This document shows, piece after piece, positions 1-10,201 of a DNA stretch of 64,000 bases. The translations under genes and the position numbers were made by a program. Positions within the stretch are counted from its first letter, which is position 1. Each line of letters opens with the position of its first letter. The DNA comes from an uncultured delta proteobacterium (GTDB lineage Bacteria > Desulfobacterota > Desulfuromonadia > Geobacterales > DSM-12255). Where the stretch lies: contig CAWBBV010000001.1 in assembly GCA_963787125.1 (NCBI GenBank), positions 448,001 through 512,000 on the forward strand, read 5' to 3'. The notes under the pieces were generated by a model that was not told the origin of the DNA, made no database searches, and saw nothing but the letters and a program-made list of their open reading frames with translations.

Positions 1-599
1 AGGGGCGGACCAGAAAGTCTTTTCCCGGTTGCGTCCAAAAAGTCCAGTTCGGGCCCGCAGGCAGGGCAGGCAACCGGCTGGGCATGGAAGCGGCGGTCTG
101 TCGGCTCGCTGTACTCCCGCGTGCAGTCAGGGCAGAGAGGGAAAGCTGCCATAGTGGTGTTGGGCCGGTCATAGGGGGTGGCGGTGATGATGGAATAGCG
201 GGGGCCGCAGTTGGTGCAGTTGATGAATGGATAACGGTAGCGACGATCACCCGGATCGAAAAGCTCCAGAAGACAGTCCGGGCAGACATCACTGTCAGGG
301 GGGATAAGGGTGCTGCCGCCGCTGTTACTGCTGGCGATGATCTTGAAGTCGTTAGCAGGAATTGCCGGAACTGCAACTGTTTCTATGGATGTTATCCGCG
401 CCAGAGGTGGCGCTTCAGCCTCCAGAAGCTGAAGAAACCCGGTCAGCCGGGTCTCATCGCCCTGAGCCTCAATCAGCACCCCTTCAGCGCCGTTCTGCAC
501 CCAGCCTGTCAGCTTGAGCCTGAGGGCAAGCCGGTACACGAAAGGGCGAAAACCGACTCCCTGGACGATGCCGGCTATTTTTATGCGGGTGCGTTTGAT
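1..599 (-). CDS. hypF: Hydrogenase maturation carbamoyltransferase HypF, 5' part (runs off window edge)
   Basis: Manual minus-strand translation gives the acylphosphatase motif GIVQGVGFRPFVY and the zinc-finger/RFHAQPVACPACGP motif; AGGAG lies upstream but no canonical in-frame start codon is visible. Confidence 0.9.
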   Translation of the reverse strand, partial: MKRTRIKIAGIVQGVGFRPFVYRLALRLKLTGWVQNGAEGVLIEAQGDETRLTGFLQLLEAEAPPLARITSIETVAVPAIPANDFKIIASSNSGGSTLIPPDSDVCPDCLLELFDPGDRRYRYPFINCTNCGPRYSIITATPYDRPNTTMAAFPLCPDCTREYSEPTDRRFHAQPVACPACGPELDFLDATGKRLSGPP

Positions 600-692
600 A
601 AGCGGCTCCTGACTTTTACCAGGGGTTACTCAAAAGACAAAAAAGCCCCCGGATATTGAGGGCTTTATAGAAGAAATCAAGGCCTGCAGCGG

Positions 693-2129
693 TTAAACCG
701 CATGGGAGCCGAGCGTATGGACCTTCATAAGATTTGTTGAACCGTGGCTCCCGAGCGGCACACCCATTGTTATGACAACCACGTCACCTTTTTTGCCGAA
801 ACCGGTTGCCAGCAGTGTCTGATCGACCAGGGCAATCTGCTGGTCTGAATCGCTCATCGCGCCGACAGGGAGAGATCTTATTCCCCAGTAAAGAGACAGG
901 CGGCGGCGGATATCCTCTGCCGGGGCAAAGGCTATTATCGGCAGCTGCGGTCGGTTTTTAGCTATCAACGCGGCGGTGCTGCCTGACTGGGTAAAGACGA
1001 CTATTGCCTTGGCCGACACGGCTGCAGCCGCATGACAGGCCGCTTCGGCAACTGCATTAGCTACGCTTCGCTCCTTTGGCAGTGAATCTCTTGAAGGCGT
1101 GCGCCAGAGCCCGCTCTGCTCGACATCCAGAGCGATCTTGACCATTGTTTTCACTGCTTCGATCGGGTAGCCGCCGGAGGCGGTTTCACCTGAAAGCATG
1201 ACGGCATCTGTTCCGTCGATGATGGCATTGGCGACATCAGAAGTCTCGGCGCGGGTCGGGCGCGGGTGAAGAATCATCGACTCAAGCATCTGGGTGGCAG
1301 TTATGACCGGTTTGCCGGCTTCATTGCAGGCTCTGATGATATTTTTCTGGATGAGCGGCACCTTTTCGGCGTTGATCTCCACACCCAGATCGCCACGGGC
1401 AACCATAATCGCATCACTAACCTTGAGAATAGCTTTGAAGTTTTTGATAGCTTCCGGTTTTTCGATCTTGGCTATGATCGGGATGGAGAGGCCGCGCTCG
1501 TGAATTATCCGTTTGATGTCAGTTACATCCTCAGCCTTGCGGACGAAGGAGAGCGCCAGGTAGTCAACACTTTTCAGCAGGCAGAACTCAAGATCAATGC
1601 GGTCCTTATCCGTCAAGGATGGGCTGGAGACGTTGACTCCGGGGAGATTGATCCCTTTAAGATCCTTCAGGATGCCGCCTTCGATAACGATACAGTGGAC
1701 AGTATTGCCTTCAATCGATTGGACTTTGAATTCGATGAGGCCGTCATCAAGCAGGATTCTTGAGCCGGGTTTAACATCGGTAGGCAGCGCTTTGTAGATG
1801 GTCGATATGAGACCGGGGCGTCCCTTCACTTCATCGGTTGTAATGGCGATACTGTCGCCTTTACGCAGGGAGATTGCGCCGTTCTCCATTCTTCCGGTTC
1901 TGATCTTAGGCCCTTGCAGGTCAGCCAGGATGCCGATCGCCTTTTGTTTCCGCTCGGCTACGCTTCTGATAATGTCAATTACTCTGGCTTTATCCTCGTT
2001 TGCCCCGTGGGAAAAGTTGAGCCTGAACAGATCAACACCGGCATCCACCAGTTTTGCTATCTGCTCGGGTTTGGAACTGGAAGGCCCAAGTGTTGCAACT
2101 ATTTTTGTTTTCCTGGTCTGCTTCTCCAT
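693..2129 (-). CDS. pyk: Pyruvate kinase
   Basis: KTKIVATLGP, RLNFSHG, DLQGPKIR, MVARGDLGVE and ATQMLESM motifs; start moved to MEKQ behind a GAGGAG RBS. Confidence 0.97.
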   Translation of the reverse strand: MEKQTRKTKIVATLGPSSSKPEQIAKLVDAGVDLFRLNFSHGANEDKARVIDIIRSVAERKQKAIGILADLQGPKIRTGRMENGAISLRKGDSIAITTDEVKGRPGLISTIYKALPTDVKPGSRILLDDGLIEFKVQSIEGNTVHCIVIEGGILKDLKGINLPGVNVSSPSLTDKDRIDLEFCLLKSVDYLALSFVRKAEDVTDIKRIIHERGLSIPIIAKIEKPEAIKNFKAILKVSDAIMVARGDLGVEINAEKVPLIQKNIIRACNEAGKPVITATQMLESMILHPRPTRAETSDVANAIIDGTDAVMLSGETASGGYPIEAVKTMVKIALDVEQSGLWRTPSRDSLPKERSVANAVAEAACHAAAAVSAKAIVVFTQSGSTAALIAKNRPQLPIIAFAPAEDIRRRLSLYWGIRSLPVGAMSDSDQQIALVDQTLLATGFGKKGDVVVITMGVPLGSHGSTNLMKVHTLGSHAV

Positions 2130-2203
2130 ACATCTCCTCGACCTGATTAACAGGATTCGTGCGGTACGAATTAATTGTATGCCGGTAACGGGCAGCAAAT
2201 GGG

Positions 2204-2545
2204 TTAATGGTGGAACTTCCCTTTCATCTCCTTGTGAGACGCATCAGGAGAATTGTGGCATTCAAAACATGAACTTTGCTCGACTTTCTGCTTTTCATGG
2301 CCGGTAATGGGCCGCTCACTCTTTGTTATCAGGCTCTCGGGCGTCTGAAAAGAAACTCTGCCTGTCTCATCTGTAAGGGTAGCAGGTTTGTAGGAGACCT
2401 GCCAGTTAGCCGAAATCGGCACCTTGTGACATTCTTCACACCCTCCCGGTGCCGGAATGGAGCGCCAGGCAGTGAACATTGCGCACGCGGACAGCGTGTA
2501 TAGCATGAGCGCGAATAAAGGTATCATCAATTTCATTTTTTCCAC
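2204..2545 (-). CDS. Diheme c-type cytochrome lipoprotein
   Basis: Lipobox LSAC and two CXXCH motifs (CEECH, CFECH). Confidence 0.85.
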   Translation of the reverse strand: MEKMKLMIPLFALMLYTLSACAMFTAWRSIPAPGGCEECHKVPISANWQVSYKPATLTDETGRVSFQTPESLITKSERPITGHEKQKVEQSSCFECHNSPDASHKEMKGKFHH

Positions 2546-2624
2546 CTTAGTAAGTTAGAAGTTATTTTCTGCGTTTTTCTGGTAGAAAATAACTTCGTTA
2601 ACGCACTTATCCAGTTTATCTGGG

Positions 2625-3488
2625 CTACCCTCTCCATTTGTACTCCAGATATTTCTTCGTCTGCTCATAGCCCTGCTCATAAAGAAACTGCCTTTCACTG
2701 ACTGCCAAAGAGAAGGTTGACGGAGAAATGGCGGAACAGTAAATGATAATGGTGTCTTTCCATTTACCCCCTTTCACGAATTCCTTTTCCTGGGCGTGCA
2801 TGGAGAAGGTCAGCATTTCATGAAAGTAACGCCTGAAAGAAAGCTGACTGTTTTCAGCCCGTTTCAGGGACCGTTTCGACATCATTTTGATGACCAGCAC
2901 CTTCTGGTTCTTGTCAAGACGCCCTTCTACGACTCCTGTCATCAGCGAGCCGTCAATCAGGGCATATTTTTTGCCATTACAGGTAAGTTTCTTGTAACCG
3001 AAAACCCCTGGAGTGAAGGAAGATGCGGCTGCAACGGTCGAAATTTTCAGGTCTGGAAAACGGTCAGCAGAGAAGATAACCGGACGGTAGTGCAGCATAT
3101 CGGTCGCTACTATTTCCAATGGCATCTTCATTTTTCTTGAAAATGTAGCAGATTCTAACTCCTCATCAATCCATTTTTCAAGGCGTTCGCCGGCATACAT
3201 GCCGTATCTTGTCAACATTGACGTCATACTGGCATCCTTAAACTGCCTCGTATCCAGAGATAGGGCTTTGTCGAGCATCGTTTCGGGTGAAGTCCCGCAC
3301 AGATACATGCTGGCAACGATAGAAGCTGTTGAAGAGGCAATTACTTTGGTGATGTTCAGTCCAAGCTCTTCAAGCGCTTTCAGTGCCCCAATGAATGCCG
3401 GAAAACGGATGCCGCCGCCAACTAGCATCAGAGTTATCGGTTCAGAAGCTCCAGCTAACGGAGAGATCATTTCAGTGCTCATCTGCAT
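2625..3488 (-). CDS. Patatin-like phospholipase family protein
   Basis: GGGIRFPAFIG oxyanion loop, variant nucleophile elbow ASSTAS, DGS motif. Confidence 0.8.
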   Translation of the reverse strand: MQMSTEMISPLAGASEPITLMLVGGGIRFPAFIGALKALEELGLNITKVIASSTASIVASMYLCGTSPETMLDKALSLDTRQFKDASMTSMLTRYGMYAGERLEKWIDEELESATFSRKMKMPLEIVATDMLHYRPVIFSADRFPDLKISTVAAASSFTPGVFGYKKLTCNGKKYALIDGSLMTGVVEGRLDKNQKVLVIKMMSKRSLKRAENSQLSFRRYFHEMLTFSMHAQEKEFVKGGKWKDTIIIYCSAISPSTFSLAVSERQFLYEQGYEQTKKYLEYKWRG

Positions 3489-3496
3489 AAGAAAAT

Positions 3497-4987
3497 TTAC
3501 TCCACTTTTTTGATTAACACCGCACTGGCACCTTTGTCCACTATACCCGCTTTTTTGACAACTTCCAGCAGCAGCAGCTCTTTACTCTTTTCATCATAAT
3601 AATAGTCGGCGAGATAATTCTGACTCTGTTTTGTATGCCAGAGCTCATCAAGCATCACGCCGTTCCAGGCAAAAGCAAAAACCGAGTTTTTGGAGTAGGA
3701 TCGATTATTGCCGATAACAAAAAAACCGTCATTTTTGGGGACAATTATTTCGCCGCTCTTGTTCACGGTAACCCGCTGTTCAAGGAAAAATTTTCGCTGC
3801 GGTGACCCGGTGACCTGCATATCCGCCAAATCCCCCCGGGAAAAGAACGTTTCAGTGCCACCATACTTGTCGCTGCTTTTCCAGAGGTTCTTCCCTGCTT
3901 CATCATAAATTTGCAGATAGCCATCCTGGTCCATGACAGCAAAACAACTTTTACCGGCTTTGTTCAGAAATATGGCGCTGTTGTAAATATTCGCACCTTT
4001 TGGCAACTTGAGTGGGTTAGTGATGGCGAAAACGGACCCCTTTTTTGTCAATTCATGCATGTCGCCAAAATATACGGCATCTCGTCCGGTTTGTTGGGCA
4101 AAAATCTTTCTGCCCTGACCTTGAAATGATACTGCCCGGAAAAAATAGGGGAGTTTGTCGCCGATTTTCTTCAAGCTGTTTCTCTCAACAGTCCAGACCT
4201 CTGAAACCAGGTCTTCACCGCTCATAATGGTAAGATAAATTTCCTGAATACCGTCGCTGTCCAGATCAGCTGTGTCGATGGCAATAATCTTTTGATATAC
4301 AGGCACGGTAATCTCTGCCATCAGTTTCAGCTCTTTCCCTTGGAGGAAATAGTGGAGGCTGTGTTGCCCGGCGATAAAAACCTCACGCTCATTGTTGCCC
4401 AGACTGCGTCCAATCGCCATCCCGACAAGTTCGCCTTCAAGCTTCTGGCTTATCCAGCCGGATGTGGCAAGTTCGTCGATTGTGGCTGATCGGACAACAT
4501 CTGAAGGCGGTGTCAGTTTTTCAACTTTGGGCGCAGCTGAGTTTATTATAGTTGGGGGGGTAACTGCTGGCGATGCCGGCGCAGCAACATTCTGATAATT
4601 CTTGTCGATGCCGGTGAGCAGTGTTTGTGCCAGCTTGCCAATGGCAAGCAACATATCCTCCTGGCTCTCTCCCTGTTCAAAGGCGCGTACTAAAACCTTG
4701 CCGGAGCTGCTTTTCGCTACCGAGTCGATGCTGAACACCTTGCCGAAGGCAACGTAGCTCCCCTTAATATTGATATCGGCAAGTTCGGCACTTTCAACAG
4801 CTATAACCGTGGCGTTGCCGAGCCGTGACATCAGCAGATTCTGGATAGTACCTTTAAGTTCGGCACTGTTTGCCACACCGGTTACGGCGAACGGCGCAAC
4901 GTACGCTCTGATTTGTTCGGCAGAGCAGTCGCTTGCTGCCAGCAGGAAAACAGCTATGAGAAATAACCAGCGGGATGGATTTTGCAT
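3497..4987 (-). CDS. Secreted FG-GAP/VCBS repeat protein
   Basis: N-terminal signal peptide and DLDSDGIQEI Ca-binding repeat. Confidence 0.7.
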   Translation of the reverse strand: MQNPSRWLFLIAVFLLAASDCSAEQIRAYVAPFAVTGVANSAELKGTIQNLLMSRLGNATVIAVESAELADINIKGSYVAFGKVFSIDSVAKSSSGKVLVRAFEQGESQEDMLLAIGKLAQTLLTGIDKNYQNVAAPASPAVTPPTIINSAAPKVEKLTPPSDVVRSATIDELATSGWISQKLEGELVGMAIGRSLGNNEREVFIAGQHSLHYFLQGKELKLMAEITVPVYQKIIAIDTADLDSDGIQEIYLTIMSGEDLVSEVWTVERNSLKKIGDKLPYFFRAVSFQGQGRKIFAQQTGRDAVYFGDMHELTKKGSVFAITNPLKLPKGANIYNSAIFLNKAGKSCFAVMDQDGYLQIYDEAGKNLWKSSDKYGGTETFFSRGDLADMQVTGSPQRKFFLEQRVTVNKSGEIIVPKNDGFFVIGNNRSYSKNSVFAFAWNGVMLDELWHTKQSQNYLADYYYDEKSKELLLLEVVKKAGIVDKGASAVLIKKVE

Positions 4988-5071
4988 GAGGGCTCCTCAA
5001 CCGTGCATTCTTGACGTCATGAGGAGTGTATAATGCCACAATCAGCATGGCCAGTGCAATCAGCATATAAT

Positions 5072-5101
5072 AAAAAACGGGGGAGAGTTGCCTCTCCCCC
5101 G
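5072..5101 (-). terminator. Probable rho-independent terminator downstream of the porin gene
   Basis: GGGGGAGAG/CTCTCCCCC hairpin with an adjacent A-run (U-tract on the minus strand). Confidence 0.65.
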
Positions 5102-5142
5102 AAGTGGTATCTGCTTTCCCTTGCGGGACTGCAAACTGTTAT

Positions 5143-6483
5143 TTAGAACGTGTAGTTCATCATGAGGCCTGTGAGGTACGGATCCTTCACATCGCCCATG
5201 CCAGCCTTGGTGTAACCACCGAGCATAGCAACAGCGCCCTGTACAGTAGCCGTCAGGTTTGGATAGAGCATGTAGTTGAGGTTAACGTTAAACTCTGTAC
5301 CGATATCCTTGCTGGTTGTGGAGTTTTTTGGATTTGCAGCAGTTCCGGTTTGATCTCTCACGGCAACTGAAGCGTTTCCAAGGTTAACTGAAACATTAAA
5401 CTTGTCGTTGACCTTGATATCGGCGCCGAGGAACTTGCCCCACATACCGCGATTGCCGTTGTTGATGCTACCGACCAGGGCATTATCGGAGTCCATGTTG
5501 TATACGTTTCTCATCAGGAGCAGCATCTGGGAAGAGTAGAAGTTGTTGGCCTGACCAACGTAGCCATTAATGCTCTGGAATGCATCTGATTTTGTTGTGT
5601 CTTTGCCATCATCACCGCTTGCGTAAAGATTGGAAAATCTGACAGTAATATTGCCGAAAGTTGCTTTGGGAGCCATCATGAAGGCAAAGGCGCTCAGGTC
5701 CCTACCTGTTCCGTAGGTCTCGTCGCCGGTCTGGTACATTAAGAAGCTGTCCAGATTGACAATGCCTAACTTGGTAGTAACATTAACACCTAAACTATGT
5801 GTCTTCTGTCCCGAGAAAGTCTCATCGTTGTTGACGAGGTAGTAGGAGCCACCGATGGTGGTGTCCTTGTCAAGGGCGAATTTGGCGTCAAGTGCGTAGA
5901 CGTCGACATTCTGCTTGCCAAGAGGAGACGTAGTTCCGGTTCCGGCATAAGCGCCAGCATCCATGAGACGGAGGAACGCTGCGGTAGTTGTCACTGCGCC
6001 GAACTTGGCGGAAGCTACTGCGCCACCCATATCATCGTTTAGGAATACACCTTTGTAGGCGTCAGTGAAAGGCTGCAGACCGACTTTCATGTTGACCGGC
6101 GTTGACGGGAGATTGAAGTCAAGATAAACGCTCTTGGTTTCGATATTGACTGTGTCGCCACCAACACCTGCACCAGTACCTCTTGTGCCACCGGCTTTAT
6201 TGGCGCCAGTATCACCCCAAGATGAGTCAATTTCAAAGTGGGTTACCAGTTTGAGATCGTCGCTTGCCTTTGCAATGTACTGAATCCGGGCTCTCTGCTC
6301 GAAAACTGTGGTGTCGCGGGTGGAATCTGGAGCCAGAAGAGGCGCAATGCCTGCATTTTGGAAGTTGGTCATGTTGGCCCTGAGCCGGTACATGCCATGG
6401 AACTCGTTCTCAAATGCGAGTGCCGGTACTGCTGCTGCAATTGTCAGTGCTGCAGCACTAAGAACTACTAAACGTTTTTTCAT
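5143..6483 (-). CDS. ompJ: Outer-membrane porin, OmpJ-like
   Basis: Signal peptide, AFENEFHG mature start, beta-strand pattern, C-terminal YTF; position next to mce matches the Geobacter gene order as I recall it. Confidence 0.65.
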   Translation of the reverse strand: MKKRLVVLSAAALTIAAAVPALAFENEFHGMYRLRANMTNFQNAGIAPLLAPDSTRDTTVFEQRARIQYIAKASDDLKLVTHFEIDSSWGDTGANKAGGTRGTGAGVGGDTVNIETKSVYLDFNLPSTPVNMKVGLQPFTDAYKGVFLNDDMGGAVASAKFGAVTTTAAFLRLMDAGAYAGTGTTSPLGKQNVDVYALDAKFALDKDTTIGGSYYLVNNDETFSGQKTHSLGVNVTTKLGIVNLDSFLMYQTGDETYGTGRDLSAFAFMMAPKATFGNITVRFSNLYASGDDGKDTTKSDAFQSINGYVGQANNFYSSQMLLLMRNVYNMDSDNALVGSINNGNRGMWGKFLGADIKVNDKFNVSVNLGNASVAVRDQTGTAANPKNSTTSKDIGTEFNVNLNYMLYPNLTATVQGAVAMLGGYTKAGMGDVKDPYLTGLMMNYTF

Positions 6484-6894
6484 TGTTCTTCCTCCCTTTT
6501 ATGGTTGATGTTAAATAAACTGAATTTACGGTTTTGATTGCGACTTCTAACTACGCTCCCATCACCACCTTTCAGATAAATTTTAACTCCCGACTGATTT
6601 TAAAAACGCAAAAACCCGTACGCGTGCTCTAAATACGCAGCACACTCAGGATTTTAAGTATCTAACAGACTTTGTAAGTAGTATCCACCTATCCGCATTG
6701 ACACCCTTTAAGAAATTTGACTGTAAATTACAGAGTGGACTACCCATTGTCAAGTCTGTAATTCTGAAACTGAAAAAACCAGGTCGCGTAACCCCTTGAG
6801 CAGCACATCAGGAGAGAGGTTGTTCTATATTGTTTGATGCATATTACAAATTTTCAAACTTATGTCAACAAAATTTTCAAACAACGTTACAGAT

Positions 6895-7299
6895 TTAATG
6901 GGTGACCTGACAAAGTTCTGTCAGTACACCATGACTGCTTTTAGGATGTATAAACGCAATGAGTGCTCCGTGAGCACCGTGGCGCGGTTTTTCATCAATC
7001 ATCCGTGCCCCTTCGGCAGTCATTTCAGCTATTGCTCCGGCTATATCTGCAACTTCGTATGCTATATGGTGAATTCCCTGGCCGTTTTTCTCCAGAAACT
7101 TCGCAACAGGGCTATCCGCTGAGGTCGGCTCAAGCAGTTCTATCTTGGATTCGCCGACAACCAGCATCGCCACCTTGACCTTCTGCTCGGGTACCTCTTC
7201 ACAGCCGAGAAACTTCATACCGAGTCGATCGCGGTAGAAGGGGATTACAGCATCGATAGATTGCACGGCGATGCCAATATGGTTAATTTTGCGTGTCAT
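6895..7299 (-). CDS. mce: Methylmalonyl-CoA epimerase
   Basis: VOC fold motifs HIGIAV, IELLEP, GIHHIAY, FIHPKS..GVLTEL. Confidence 0.93.
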   Translation of the reverse strand: MTRKINHIGIAVQSIDAVIPFYRDRLGMKFLGCEEVPEQKVKVAMLVVGESKIELLEPTSADSPVAKFLEKNGQGIHHIAYEVADIAGAIAEMTAEGARMIDEKPRHGAHGALIAFIHPKSSHGVLTELCQVTH

Positions 7300-7314
7300 T
7301 GTAACTCCCTAATT

Positions 7315-7750
7315 GAAACACAGAGCAACGGAGCAACGGAAAAAATCAACAAATAATTCGCTTGATGCCTTCCCTCAAAAGCTTTGTGTAAAAGTTTATC
7401 AAAAGACCGACTCTTTTGTTTGACAGCTTTAAATAGGTGAAGAGCTGAGCTTCATGAATCGGCAGTATTTTTTCAACACATTTCAATTCGACAATAATTC
7501 TATTTTCCACCAAAAGATCAAGACGGAATCCTTCATCAAGAGTTGTTCCTTTGTACTTAACCGGCAAATGCTTTTGCCGCTCTACCCTTAAATCTGACTT
7601 TAATAATTCAAAAGCAAGGCAAGCTTCGTATACTGATTCCAGCAGTCCTGGACCAAGAGTATTATGGACCTGAATTGCACACCCGATTATCGTCTCAGTT
7701 AATTCCGCATCAGGATAGCTTTTCTCAGTTGCTCTGTTGCTCTGTGTTTC
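7315..7750. repeat. 31-bp imperfect inverted repeats enclosing the GxxExxY gene (7315-7345 and 7720-7750)
   Basis: GAAACACAGAGCAACGGAGCAACGGAAAAAA versus reverse complement GAAACACAGAGCAACAGAGCAACTGAGAAAA, 28/31 identical. Confidence 0.9.
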
Positions 7751-7756
7751 CATCAT
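7346..7756 (-). CDS. GxxExxY protein (PD-(D/E)XK nuclease superfamily)
   Basis: LGPGLLESVYE, RLDLLVE..IVELK, AQLFTYLK and GLLINF motifs. Confidence 0.92.
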   Translation of the reverse strand: MMETQSNRATEKSYPDAELTETIIGCAIQVHNTLGPGLLESVYEACLAFELLKSDLRVERQKHLPVKYKGTTLDEGFRLDLLVENRIIVELKCVEKILPIHEAQLFTYLKLSNKRVGLLINFYTKLLREGIKRIIC

Positions 7757-7760
7757 GCCT

Positions 7761-9419
7761 TTATAGAACCACTGTCTCAGTATGTTTCCCGAATACCCCT
7801 CTGAATACATCGGCAATTTCACCAAGAGTTGCATAGGTGTTAACTGCTGCCAGAATATGCGGCATCAGGTTCTCACTCCCCTTGGCAACTTCTGTGAGTT
7901 TAACCAAAGCAGCTTTAACGGCTGTTTCGTCCCTACCGGCTTTCATTGCGGCAAGGCTTTTTTTCTGGGAGATTTCAACCTCTTCCTTGACCTTGAGCAG
8001 ACCTGTTGGTGGTGGTTCCTTGACTGTGAACTTATTGACCCCGACGATAATCAGTTCATCCTTTTCAATCGATTTCTGGTAGGCGTAGGCCGAGTCCTGA
8101 ATCTCTTTTTGCTGAAATCCCCGGGAAATAGCTTCTACCGCGCCGCCAAGTTTGTCGATTTTCTCGATATATTCTGTTGCGGCCTTTTCGATCTGATCTG
8201 TGAGGGATTCAATCAGAAACGAGCCTGCCAGTGGGTCCACAGAATCGGCTACGCCGGATTCGTAGGCAATCACCTGTTGGGTGCGCAAGGCGATTCGGAC
8301 TGAGTCTTCTGTCGGCAGAGCCAGTGCTTCGTCACGGGAGTTGGTGTGGAGTGACTGGGTGCCACCCAGAACAGCAGCCAACGCCTGCATGGTGACCCTC
8401 ATAATGTTGTTGTCGGGCTGCTGGGCGGTCAGAGTGCAGCCTGCAGTCTGGGTGTGAAAACGAAGCATCTGGGATTTAGGATCCTTTGCCTTGAACCGCT
8501 CTTTCATAATTCTTGCCCACATCCGCCGGGCAGCACGGAATTTGGCAACCTCTTCAAAAAGGTTATTGTGGGCGTTGAAGAAGAACGCCAGCCGGGGCGC
8601 AAACTCGTCAACATCGAGACCGGCCTTGATGGCCGCATCAACATAGGCGATACCGTCAGCCAGGGTGAAAGCTACCTCTTGAACCGCACTGGAGCCGGCC
8701 TCACGAATATGGTAGCCGGAGATGGAGATCGTGTTCCATTTGGGGACATGATCCTTGCAGTAGGCGAAAATGTCGGTGATGATCCGCATCGACTCTTTCG
8801 GCGGATATATGTATGTCCCCCGCGCCATGTACTCCTTGAGAATATCATTCTGGATTGTTCCGGAGATCTTGTCGGCTGAAACACCCTGTTTCTCGGCAAC
8901 GGCGATGTACATGCAAAGAAGGATAGCAGCAGTTGAGTTGATCGTCATGGAGGTGGAGACTTTATCGAGCGGTATCCCTCCGAACAGGATCTCCATGTCA
9001 GCAAGAGAGTCAATGGCAACACCAACCTTGCCCACTTCTCCCTGGCTCATGCCGTGATCTGAGTCATACCCCATCTGGGTTGGCAGGTCAAAAGCTACTG
9101 ACAGCCCGGTCTGACCGGCAGAGAGCAGATATTTGTAACGTTCGTTCGACTCCTTGGCCGTGCCGAAACCGGCATACTGGCGCATTGTCCAGAAGCGGCC
9201 ACGGTACATCGTCGGTTGTACGCCGCGGGTATAGGGATAGTCACCGGGAAAACCGAGCTCACTCTCGTAGTCGGGGTAGTCAAACTCGGGAGTGAAGCAG
9301 CGTTCCATCTCGATATTGGAGCTGGTGGGAAAGCCGGCTCTACGCTCGGGCGATCTGGCAATGTTCTTTGCCACGGTGCCCTCACTCCAGAGCTTTTTCT
9401 TGTCTTTGATAGTTGTCAT
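7761..9419 (-). CDS. Methylmalonyl-CoA mutase family, substrate-binding (large) subunit without B12-binding domain
   Basis: [45 protein letters not shown] and GGTQSLHTN motifs; no DxHxxG domain. Confidence 0.95.
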   Translation of the reverse strand: MTTIKDKKKLWSEGTVAKNIARSPERRAGFPTSSNIEMERCFTPEFDYPDYESELGFPGDYPYTRGVQPTMYRGRFWTMRQYAGFGTAKESNERYKYLLSAGQTGLSVAFDLPTQMGYDSDHGMSQGEVGKVGVAIDSLADMEILFGGIPLDKVSTSMTINSTAAILLCMYIAVAEKQGVSADKISGTIQNDILKEYMARGTYIYPPKESMRIITDIFAYCKDHVPKWNTISISGYHIREAGSSAVQEVAFTLADGIAYVDAAIKAGLDVDEFAPRLAFFFNAHNNLFEEVAKFRAARRMWARIMKERFKAKDPKSQMLRFHTQTAGCTLTAQQPDNNIMRVTMQALAAVLGGTQSLHTNSRDEALALPTEDSVRIALRTQQVIAYESGVADSVDPLAGSFLIESLTDQIEKAATEYIEKIDKLGGAVEAISRGFQQKEIQDSAYAYQKSIEKDELIIVGVNKFTVKEPPPTGLLKVKEEVEISQKKSLAAMKAGRDETAVKAALVKLTEVAKGSENLMPHILAAVNTYATLGEIADVFRGVFGKHTETVVL

Positions 9420-9457
9420 AAATACTCTCCTTACCGGTTACATTAAACCAGCTGCTC

Positions 9458-10129
9458 TTAGAGAATCCCCTTAACCAGCGCCAGTGCCTCTGCTACGTAA
9501 TCATCCTGATCTCTGGTCGCTGAAGCGTCAACTCTGACACCATGCCATCTGCCAAGTTCTTTCAGGTAGAACTCACGCATCTGCTGATAATACTCAAGGC
9601 CACCTTCATGATGAATCTGAAGGATATCTTCAATCCGCTCGCATGCTTCTTCAGCCGGAACGTCAAAGAAAATAGTCAGGTCAGGGAATATTTCATCACC
9701 AAAGAGAAAACCCCTTGAAATCTTGTCAAGATGGCGCAACACGTCGAACTGCCGCGAGGTGCCGTTTACCCAGGCATTGGCAAGGGAAGATATGCTCGAC
9801 TGCTTGCAAAGGACGATCTTGTCCTCGTCAAGTGCCGGGCGGACTACCTGCTGGAAAATCTCTGTGCGGACCGCCCCTTCAAAGAAGAAGTCTGCTCTGG
9901 TATCTTCACCGAATGGCCAGTTAAGTAGATTGGCAATCCCAAGCTCCTGCGCTCGCCCTGAATCCGGGTTGGAACATTCGACAACATTATAGCCAAGCTC
10001 AACGAGCGCCTTATGGAGGCCTACTATCCCGGCCTTTACCTGCTGCCCGGAACCGCTGATCCCTTCAATGACAATAAGTTTACCTTTTCTCACACTAACC
10101 TCCCGTATCGTAGTATTGACTGCTGACAA
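9458..10129 (-). CDS. Thymidylate kinase-like protein with degenerate P-loop
   Basis: GKLIVIEGISGSG N-terminus, 'VRPAL..DKIVLC' and PDLTIFFDV resemble Tmk; the Walker A Lys is missing. Confidence 0.7.
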   Translation of the reverse strand: MSAVNTTIREVSVRKGKLIVIEGISGSGQQVKAGIVGLHKALVELGYNVVECSNPDSGRAQELGIANLLNWPFGEDTRADFFFEGAVRTEIFQQVVRPALDEDKIVLCKQSSISSLANAWVNGTSRQFDVLRHLDKISRGFLFGDEIFPDLTIFFDVPAEEACERIEDILQIHHEGGLEYYQQMREFYLKELGRWHGVRVDASATRDQDDYVAEALALVKGIL

Positions 10130-10201
10130 CGATTGACCCCGCCTTTTCGGGCAGGGTCAGTCGGTACTACATCAAAAATAGCGGCTGAATCCCAAACAAT
10201 T

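Noticed and set aside
84..659. 191-aa plus-strand ORF
   Set aside because: Antisense shadow of hypF, whose motifs are clear on the minus strand
7761..9419. Mutase lacking its B12 domain as a possible pseudogene
   Set aside because: Two-subunit mutases are common, and the ORF ends normally for the large-subunit family
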